Virus record (IMG/VR): IMGVR_UViG_3300025324_000003
Coordinates: 1 to 47,004 of that record
Direction: 5' to 3' (one strand)
Length of the DNA stretch: 47,004 bases
DNA from: a virus
This document shows, piece by piece, positions 19,221 to 25,300 of the stretch (its first letter is position 1; every line of letters starts with the position of its first letter). Both the position numbers and the translations under genes were made by a program. Under the pieces are notes generated by a model, which was not told the DNA's origin, ran no database searches, and saw only the letters and a program-made list of their open reading frames with translations.

Positions 19221-19483
19221 CTTTTGGAAAGTCGAAAATCTAATTATTCGCCGGTATAGGTATTGCGCTATTAGTCGGATCTTGGCATACTTATATGTTC
19301 GCTTCGGATTATGTTAACCAAATTCGCTAAACTTTCGCCTTAGTCTTATGTATTTATTATAGTCTAAGTTGGCTGCCCTCCTTTCTCTATCTAAGACCTA
19401 ATTAAATGTTCGCCCGAACCGATTAGAACAATTTCGGCGGATCGGTTCATAGCGAAGTGGCCTGCCTGGCTAGATCGCTGCAC

Positions 19484-19519
19484 CCTGGGGGATCGTAGTG
19501 CGAGCCTGGGGGATCGTAG
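19484..19519. repeat. Direct repeat CCTGGGGGATCGTAG x2, 21-nt period
   Basis: Exact 15-mers at 19484-19498 and 19505-19519. Confidence 0.8.
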
Positions 19520-19620
19520 GTAACCATACTATATACAGCGCGCGCCGGGTAGGGGGGCGATCAAAAAGCAAAACTAGACGTACAGGTGGAAATATATTTT
19601 ATCATTCGCTTTTTATTCGC

Positions 19621-19648
19621 TTGTATTAGTCCGAAAGAAGCGTATAAT
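19621..19648 (+). promoter_or_regulatory. Sigma70-like promoter (TTGTAT-16 nt-TATAAT)
   Basis: TTGTAT at 19621-19626 and TATAAT at 19643-19648, 45 nt upstream of the ATG at 19693. Confidence 0.45.
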
Positions 19649-19692
19649 AGGCATGTAGGGTAATTCAATCCTACACAGAAAGGACATGTAGT

Positions 19693-20202
19693 ATGGCAGC
19701 AGAAACAGCAGCGGCGGTTGTGGAGGGAAGGGCACTGGTGAATCTTCTCGACAAGCTAACGCCCGAACACGCGGACGCGATCCGCAAGGCGGTAGCCGAG
19801 AAGCACATCGCGGCAGTTCAGAGCAAGGTCACGATTCGGGCGAAGAGTTCACCTACGAAAAAGGATGAATCACAGCCCTACATCGCATACTTCGCAAACG
19901 ACGCGCGCGGTATGTCGGTCTTGTGCGGGGGCAAGATCGAACCTGCGATGGTGAAACCGGAAGAGGGTAAGGACGAGCGCACAGGAGCGCAAAGGGCGCC
20001 GGGCGCTTGTGACTACTTCAACTACGGTTTCGACCTGGACGTGAGGCAGCCGATCCGGATTATGCTGGAGGATTCGCTGGCCGGTCCCGAGAGGGCAATC
20101 GAGAAGGTGGTCAAGTCTCTCGTGGACGGTGGGCTGTTCGGCGAGAAGGACGCCCGCGAATTTGTGGTCTCACAGCGCACGGCAAGAGGATTGCCGGTCT
20201 AG
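19693..20202 (+). CDS. Hypothetical protein (169 aa) in a high-GC cassette
   Basis: ORF of ~60% GC against a genome background of ~45%. Codon use is GC3-rich. No motif recognised. Confidence 0.7.
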   Translation: MAAETAAAVVEGRALVNLLDKLTPEHADAIRKAVAEKHIAAVQSKVTIRAKSSPTKKDESQPYIAYFANDARGMSVLCGGKIEPAMVKPEEGKDERTGAQRAPGACDYFNYGFDLDVRQPIRIMLEDSLAGPERAIEKVVKSLVDGGLFGEKDAREFVVSQRTARGLPV

Positions 20203-20218
20203 GCAGTTCGCTTCACTT

Positions 20219-20257
20219 GTGCGTGGGAGGGTTTGTAGCCTTCCCACGCACTCTTTA
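20219..20257 (+). terminator. Hairpin terminator after the GC-rich gene
   Basis: GTGCGTGGGAGG-gtttgtag-CCTTCCCACGCAC forms a 12-bp stem with one bulge, followed by TCTTT. Confidence 0.5.
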
Positions 20258-20272
20258 GATGGGAGGAAGGAA

Positions 20273-20464
20273 ATGAATTACGTTCACGTTTATTTTTATT
20301 GCCCGCTGTTGATCTACGCCATTCCGGCTTCACAAATGGAAAGATTGATTCGCGCGCGGTTTGTGAAATGGGAGGAGAGCTGCCATGAATGGCGGAGTAT
20401 GACGAGTGAGTATAGCCTGCTACAGGTGCCTGGTGTATTTGTGGTGAGGAAGGATATTAAGTAG
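20273..20464 (+). CDS. Hypothetical small protein (63 aa)
   Basis: The ATG at 20273 is preceded by GGGAGGAAGG. It is the in-frame internal start of ORF 20129..20464. Confidence 0.55.
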   Translation: MNYVHVYFYCPLLIYAIPASQMERLIRARFVKWEESCHEWRSMTSEYSLLQVPGVFVVRKDIK

Positions 20465-20481
20465 GAACCGGGCGACGACGT

Positions 20482-20518
20482 AAAATAGGGTAAGGGACTG
20501 CAAACCTTACCCTATTTT
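20482..20518. terminator. Perfect 14-bp stem-loop with A-tract/T-tract flanks (possibly a bidirectional terminator)
   Basis: AAAATAGGGTAAGG-gactgcaaa-CCTTACCCTATTTT, 18 nt after the stop at 20464. Confidence 0.55.
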
Positions 20519-20907
20519 TATGTCTCTTAGATCAGATACGCGCGCGTTTTGCACAGCCTAAATGAGGCAAAAGAGCTAGTTTTCAACAGGCCCGTAATCG
20601 CGCTAGGCTGCCCAGGCCGCCGCGGCACCTCGATCCGGATACCCACCTATTACCTGCCCCCTCTGATCGTTGAACCTAGAACCCGCTTCGCTATGTCTAT
20701 GCCATCACTTACGGGCATGTATAGTCATATGCCCTAAAGACTAAGACATATCAATAGCTACGCTTGTATGACGTCCAGGTGAGCTAATCATCCTACTCCA
20801 CAGACGAGCAACCCCCCATCTGCCAATGAATGGGTCCCATATGCCCCACAGGGGGGAAAGGTTCATCTCACGCGAAATTGGACCCTGTATCGATGGACCC
20901 TTACTTT

Positions 20908-20937
20908 TAGACATTGATTAGATAGACATTGATTAGA
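20908..20937. repeat. Tandem repeat TAGACATTGATTAGA x2
   Basis: Exact adjacent 15-mers at 20908-20922 and 20923-20937 in non-coding DNA. Confidence 0.85.
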
Positions 20938-21097
20938 ATAAGTCTAGGTTTTGTTCAGCTAAATCATCGCTCAGCGAACAATTAAATGCTAATGTTTTAC
21001 CCACTTGACACGTATGCTATGCTTGATCAGTAGGGCTTCGCCCTCCTTCCTCCTATCTCAATCTAGACTCTAGTTACTGTTTTATCTGGAGAAATTA

Positions 21098-21168
21098 AAT
21101 GTTTATCTCATCGGATCATTTTTTGTTTAGATAGGTGTGAGGTGTAGAATGTTTATCTCATCGGATCA
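21098..21168 (+). repeat. 21-nt direct repeat AATGTTTATCTCATCGGATCA x2 (50-nt period), creating an 11-codon uORF
   Basis: Copies at 21098-21118 and 21148-21168. The first gives MFISSDHFLFR-stop with a GGAG Shine-Dalgarno. The second is the start of the 21149 gene (MFISSDQ...). Confidence 0.85.
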
Positions 21169-21802
21169 AGCGAGAGCAAGACTAGGCTCCAGGCGTAATG
21201 TCTTTTCGGATGGGCATGATCGAGGAGGTGATCGAACCTACGTCATCGAACCTGAGGTGATCGAGGATGCGATCGAGGATGTGATCAAACCGGACCCTCT
21301 CATAGACCTATCAAAGCTAGACGAGCTTATCAATCGTGATCCTTTACGATCCAAGCAACCATATAGAGGAAGGACAGAAGCACAAGTAGCAATAGGTGAG
21401 ACGGCTTTAGTAGTAGGTCAGTCCCAAGCCGGTCGCTTGTTTGGTCTATCTAACGAACAGTCTCTAGCCTACGAGCGCGCGCTTTCCTCTACAGCAGACA
21501 TCACTAATCATACCCCACCTAATCCTTCCCGCAAGAAACAAATCGACGAGTTCAGAGAAGTTCTTGCAGCAAAAGCGGCTGAGCGTTTAGGGGATACTCT
21601 AGAGCTTCTTGATACTCCTAAGCTAAAAGCCGTCAAGCGTGCGACGAATCTTTCTCGCATTGCAAAGGACATGGCGACGATCGTCGAAAAGGTCTCTCCA
21701 AAGGAAACAGTAGACCAAGGTGGTGTTCATTTCCATATATATAAGCCAGAGATTAGTGTCGAGCAAAATTATAAGGTCGTTACTGTCGGTTCCAAGGTTT
21801 GA
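21149..21802 (+). CDS. Hypothetical protein, possible DNA-binding/small-terminase-like (speculative)
   Basis: The ATG at 21149 has a GAGGTG Shine-Dalgarno; the ORF track starts at the GTG at 21137. An HTH-like segment (VVGQSQAGRLFGLSNEQSLAYERA) is present. The gene lies upstream of TerL. Confidence 0.6.
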   Translation: MFISSDQARARLGSRRNVFSDGHDRGGDRTYVIEPEVIEDAIEDVIKPDPLIDLSKLDELINRDPLRSKQPYRGRTEAQVAIGETALVVGQSQAGRLFGLSNEQSLAYERALSSTADITNHTPPNPSRKKQIDEFREVLAAKAAERLGDTLELLDTPKLKAVKRATNLSRIAKDMATIVEKVSPKETVDQGGVHFHIYKPEISVEQNYKVVTVGSKV

Positions 21803-21833
21803 CTCTAATGGCTAAGGTTTGACTCTAATGGCT
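21794..21833 (+). repeat. Perfect 20-nt tandem duplication AAGGTTTGACTCTAATGGCT x2 at a gene junction
   Basis: Copy 1 (21794-21813) contains the TGA stop of the upstream gene and a mini-ORF ATGGCTAAGGTTTGA. Copy 2 (21814-21833) contains the ATG at 21828 of the next gene. Confidence 0.9.
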
Positions 21834-22082
21834 GAACCTCAAGAGAATTATTCTCTCCTATCACAAGTTGTTAACACTCGACTAACTGGCGCTATAAGAA
21901 AATTGAAGGATTCCTTCGGTTTCATTGCTGGTGATGATGGTAGAGATTATTTCTTCCATTGGTCAACTATGGAGAGGACTGGTAAAAACTTTCGAGAGCT
22001 CGTTATTCAGGAAAGAGTTTCATTTCTACTCGCTGAATCAGATCGTGGTCCGCGCGCGGTTCAAGTGAGGGTGATTGATTAG
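21828..22082 (+). CDS. Cold-shock domain (CspA-like) protein
   Basis: GAIRKLKDSFGFIAGDDGRDYFFHWSTM matches the CSD RNP1/RNP2 pattern (GxVKWFxxxKGFGFIxxxxGxDxFVHxS). Confidence 0.65.
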   Translation: MAEPQENYSLLSQVVNTRLTGAIRKLKDSFGFIAGDDGRDYFFHWSTMERTGKNFRELVIQERVSFLLAESDRGPRAVQVRVID

Positions 22083-22292
22083 ATGCTTACTATCCCTCAC
22101 TCTAAGATAACAGGAGAGAAAGGAACATGGTGGCGATTCGGAGAATCTGTAGTTCTCTCCTGTCCAAAGTGTGGGATTAGTTTTAGATTGAATCATACTA
22201 TAACAGAAGATGGAATAGTAACACCTTCTGTCGTATGTCCTATAAGCTCGTGTAAGTTTCACGATTACATCAAACTAGGAGAATTTTCCTAA
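22083..22292 (+). CDS. Small zinc-ribbon protein (69 aa)
   Basis: Contains CPKC...CPISSC. The start abuts the upstream stop. Confidence 0.55.
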   Translation: MLTIPHSKITGEKGTWWRFGESVVLSCPKCGISFRLNHTITEDGIVTPSVVCPISSCKFHDYIKLGEFS

Positions 22293-22444
22293 TGGCTTGG
22301 TGGAAACCTTTGGTTAACATAGGAGTTTCATTCCTCTCTAACTGGTGGACTAAGAGGCAGAAGAAAAACGCGGAGAAGGTAAATGCCGAAAGCTCTCGAG
22401 AGAAAGCTGAGAAGGAGAGCAAAGAAGAAAGGTCTCAAGGGTAA
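22292..22444 (+). CDS. Possible small protein (50 aa) with hydrophobic N-terminus
   Basis: Own translation: MAWWKPLVNIGVSFLSNWWTKRQKKNAEKVNAESSREKAEKESKEERSQG. It has a TAATG overlap with the upstream stop and overlaps the next ORF in another frame. Confidence 0.35.
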   Translation: MAWWKPLVNIGVSFLSNWWTKRQKKNAEKVNAESSREKAEKESKEERSQG

Positions 22445-22517
22445 GCAGAAAGACGCCTATATCTACGGCTCTCTCAGAGCGACCGGTTGGATTCCATCTA
22501 CTCAGAGAAAAGGATAG
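22383..22517 (+). CDS. Possible small basic protein (44 aa)
   Basis: Own translation: MPKALERKLRRRAKKKGLKGKQKDAYIYGSLRATGWIPSTQRKG. It resembles small basic phage proteins ending in YxYGxLRxTGW, from memory only. Confidence 0.4.
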   Translation: MPKALERKLRRRAKKKGLKGKQKDAYIYGSLRATGWIPSTQRKG

Positions 22518-22525
22518 GAGTAAAA

Positions 22526-22753
22526 ATGCTAGGCATGAGAAAAGGTTTTGGAAATACTGGCATTGTGAAAAGGCTCCCGACCAGAGGAGAAAAGAGTCCC
22601 CTGGGGAAGTCCCCAGAAGGTCTATCATCCCTACGCGCGCCCGGGGGGTTTTCAAAAGGACCAGATAGTCTGGGGGATAGGCTCAAAAAGCGCCGAGTGA
22701 CTGGTCGTGGTATCCTTGGCTTTGGGAAGAAAATGCTTGCTCCATCTGACTAA
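22526..22753 (+). CDS. Hypothetical Gly/Lys/Arg-rich protein (75 aa)
   Basis: The ATG at 22526 is preceded by an AGGAG Shine-Dalgarno (5-nt spacer). It lies directly upstream of TerL. Confidence 0.45.
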   Translation: MLGMRKGFGNTGIVKRLPTRGEKSPLGKSPEGLSSLRAPGGFSKGPDSLGDRLKKRRVTGRGILGFGKKMLAPSD

Positions 22754-22781
22754 CGACTTACACCGGATTAGAACGGGATAA

Positions 22782-24470
22782 ATGCCAGTCGTAGAGTCTA
22801 GAAACGAGATAGGTAGATATGATAAAATCTGGAAGCCTCATGCAAAGCAGGTTGAGTTCATCCAGATTCCATTTTCTGTCTTCGAGGCCCTGTATGGAGG
22901 AGCGGTCGGAGGTGGCAAGTCTGAGCTCCTCTACATGCTACCAATCGTATATGGTTTCCACAAGGTTCCACATTTCCATGGGGTTCTTTTTAGGGAGACT
23001 TATCCCCAGCTCGAAGCTTCTCTCATACTCAGAGCTGTTCCGATCTACAACGCTATCGGTGGTCGCTATGACGCTCAGAAGCATACATTTACCTTCGATG
23101 GCTCGGGGGCAATCATCCGATTTAGTTACTTAGAAAACGACAAAGACGCGCGCGATCATGATACAAACGAATATCAATACGTCGGATTTGACGAGCTTAC
23201 GGCTATTCCAGGGACTTCGCTCTTCAATAGGTATATCTATCTCAGTTCTAGGGTTCGTAGTGTTATTCCTGATGTTCCTCCTATTATCAGGTCTGCTACG
23301 AATCCTGGTAATGTTGGACATCTTTGGGTTAGAAAGAGATTTATAGAGCCTGCACCGAATGGTGGAGTTCTCATACATGATTTAGATAGCGATACAAAGC
23401 GGATTTTCATTAAGGCGCTTTTAATAGATAATCCATATCTTCTCAAGAAAGATCCAGGCTACCTCAAGAGACTCAGACTTCTACCGCTAGCTGAGCAGAG
23501 AGCAAAGATTTATGGAGACTGGTGGGTATTTAGTGGGCAGGTCTTTACTGAATGGAGAGACCCCTTCTTTGGGTCCAAGTTTCCTGACGAGCCTGACAAC
23601 GCTTGTCACGTCATTGCAGACTATACTCCTCCTATCTGGATGCCCAGAATCCTCGGATGCGATTGGGGATATTATCCTGGACAGGCTTGGGTTGGATGGG
23701 CTGCTGCAACTTCCGATAGGCGAGCCATTCTTTATCGTGAACGTGTTTGGTCTAGAACAAATATCTCAGTCTGGGGAGCCGATGTTGCCAGGATTACTGA
23801 ACCTGAGCGAGAGTCAGTCGTCTCGTGTAAGTTAGATCCAAGTGCGTGGGGGAAGCGCGGTGAGGAAAAAACCCTTGCCGAGCAAATTATCGATGCAACC
23901 GGATTACCGTGGGAGAAAGCTGACAATGATAGACTGGGTGGGAAAGCCCTCCTACACGAGTTTCTCCGATGGTCGCCCAAGCCCACATCTTTTACTCCGG
24001 CCGAAGGCTATGACGATCAACTTGGTCTTAAGATCCTCAGAAATAATGGCCCCAAAGCCTATAGGGAATATATCGAGTTATTCGAGCCCGAGCCTGATGA
24101 GAAAAACCTCCCAAAGCTACTTTGCACTGAGTCCTGTGAGGAATTCCGTAAGGTCATTCCAGCTTGTGTTTATGCAGAGACAGACAACTCAAAGAAAGCT
24201 GAGGACGTTGCCGAGTTCATTGGCGATGACGCTTATGATGGCGCTCGCTACCTTCTGAAAGCTATCGATGAATACTTTAATCTCTCTTCGGGCTTGGCTA
24301 AGAAATATGGTAAGCTGGGTGAAATCGTTCAGAATTTTGAGAGGACTCAAGATTGGAATATCTACCACAGACAAATGGCCGCCTACGACAAAGAGTTTCG
24401 ACGTAACACTACCTCAGTCCAGCGACATAAGGGGAGATTCTCGGGTCGACTACGTTTTAGACCTCAGTAA
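22782..24470 (+). CDS. terL: Terminase large subunit
   Basis: Walker A: GGAVGGGKSE. Walker B: YVGFDELT. The C-terminal nuclease-like region has conserved acidic residues. Size is 562 aa, and the portal gene lies two ORFs further downstream. Confidence 0.85.
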   Translation: MPVVESRNEIGRYDKIWKPHAKQVEFIQIPFSVFEALYGGAVGGGKSELLYMLPIVYGFHKVPHFHGVLFRETYPQLEASLILRAVPIYNAIGGRYDAQKHTFTFDGSGAIIRFSYLENDKDARDHDTNEYQYVGFDELTAIPGTSLFNRYIYLSSRVRSVIPDVPPIIRSATNPGNVGHLWVRKRFIEPAPNGGVLIHDLDSDTKRIFIKALLIDNPYLLKKDPGYLKRLRLLPLAEQRAKIYGDWWVFSGQVFTEWRDPFFGSKFPDEPDNACHVIADYTPPIWMPRILGCDWGYYPGQAWVGWAAATSDRRAILYRERVWSRTNISVWGADVARITEPERESVVSCKLDPSAWGKRGEEKTLAEQIIDATGLPWEKADNDRLGGKALLHEFLRWSPKPTSFTPAEGYDDQLGLKILRNNGPKAYREYIELFEPEPDEKNLPKLLCTESCEEFRKVIPACVYAETDNSKKAEDVAEFIGDDAYDGARYLLKAIDEYFNLSSGLAKKYGKLGEIVQNFERTQDWNIYHRQMAAYDKEFRRNTTSVQRHKGRFSGRLRFRPQ

Positions 24471-24831
24471 GAAACAGCTGATTTTTGAGGTTTATCGTCT
24501 TAGGGCGGAGATTGAGAAATTTCGAGCCTTGAAAGAGCTTAGTGATCAAGGATTGCAAGATGCGCTCGGAGCATATCAGAGATTATCGGAGAGGAACGAG
24601 GAGAGGCTTGATAAATATTTGGAGCATCAAGCAGTCATTCTCGATCAAAAGCTAGGGCTCAATCAGACTAATCCTAGCATGCACTCCGAGATGAAGTCTA
24701 TACAGATAAGAAAACCCTGGAATCAGGTCGCAGCAAAATTTGAGGCCGATAAGCGTCAGGAATATTGGAAGCAGAGGAATAAGCAGACAGAGGAACTAGA
24801 TAAAAAAGTCATCCAGCCAGAAAAGAAATGA
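24268..24831 (+). CDS. Coiled-coil protein; start codon unresolved
   Basis: The frame is open from 24268 and overlaps the TerL 3' end by about 200 nt. The region after the TerL stop is clearly coding-like (LIFEVYRLRAEIEKFRALKEL...), but no ATG/GTG with a Shine-Dalgarno lies near 24470. Confidence 0.5.
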   Translation: MNTLISLRAWLRNMVSWVKSFRILRGLKIGISTTDKWPPTTKSFDVTLPQSSDIRGDSRVDYVLDLSKKQLIFEVYRLRAEIEKFRALKELSDQGLQDALGAYQRLSERNEERLDKYLEHQAVILDQKLGLNQTNPSMHSEMKSIQIRKPWNQVAAKFEADKRQEYWKQRNKQTEELDKKVIQPEKK

Positions 24832-25286
24832 CCTATACTCGACTAATGGTTGAACCTGGTGATATTTTACTCTATAGAAGCGAGGGATTTATTCCTTGGT
24901 TAATCAGAGTGAAAACTTGGTCAGATATAAGCCACGTAGAGACTTATATTGGCGCCGACCAATCTTTTTCTGCTCGAAATGAAGGCGTAGGTATTTTTCC
25001 GTTCAGACTCGATGGACTCAAGTTTGTTCTCAGGCCGAAACTAAAATACGATCCGTTTACCGCCGGTCTTTGGCGGAAAAAGGTAGTCGGTCAAAAATAT
25101 GACTGGCTAGGTTTTCTAGTTTTTTATCTAGCAGCAAAGCAGGGAGCTAGAGACCGCATGTTTTGCTCTGAGGCTTGCACTAGAGACGCACGCGCGGGTG
25201 GAATTGAACCATTTCAGTCTGATTATGACGCTGACAGAGTAGCTCCCGTTCATTTTTTGACATCTAGTTCTTACTATAAGATTTAG
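24828..25286 (+). CDS. Permuted papain-fold (YiiX/YaeF, C92-like NlpC/P60 superfamily) amidase
   Basis: PGDILLYRSEGFIPWLIRVKTWSDISHVETYIG (His before Cys) followed by MFCSEAC resembles the YiiX family arrangement. Confidence 0.55.
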   Translation: MTYTRLMVEPGDILLYRSEGFIPWLIRVKTWSDISHVETYIGADQSFSARNEGVGIFPFRLDGLKFVLRPKLKYDPFTAGLWRKKVVGQKYDWLGFLVFYLAAKQGARDRMFCSEACTRDARAGGIEPFQSDYDADRVAPVHFLTSSSYYKI

Positions 25287-25300
25287 GTGGGTTCGTAAAA

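Noticed and set aside
19447-20700. Possible inverted repeats (CATAGCGAAG...) flanking the GC-rich cassette, as transposon-like ends
   Set aside because: Only a 10-12-nt match plus a loosely similar 22-mer. This is not beyond chance, and no transposase is present.
20549-20737. 62-aa ORF in the GC-rich non-coding stretch
   Set aside because: It has a TTG start without a Shine-Dalgarno. High GC inflates ORF length, and the translation is not protein-like.
21005-21033. TTGACA at 21005 as the -35 of a promoter for the rightward genes
   Set aside because: No acceptable -10 hexamer lies at 16-18 nt spacing (cagtag or tcagta).
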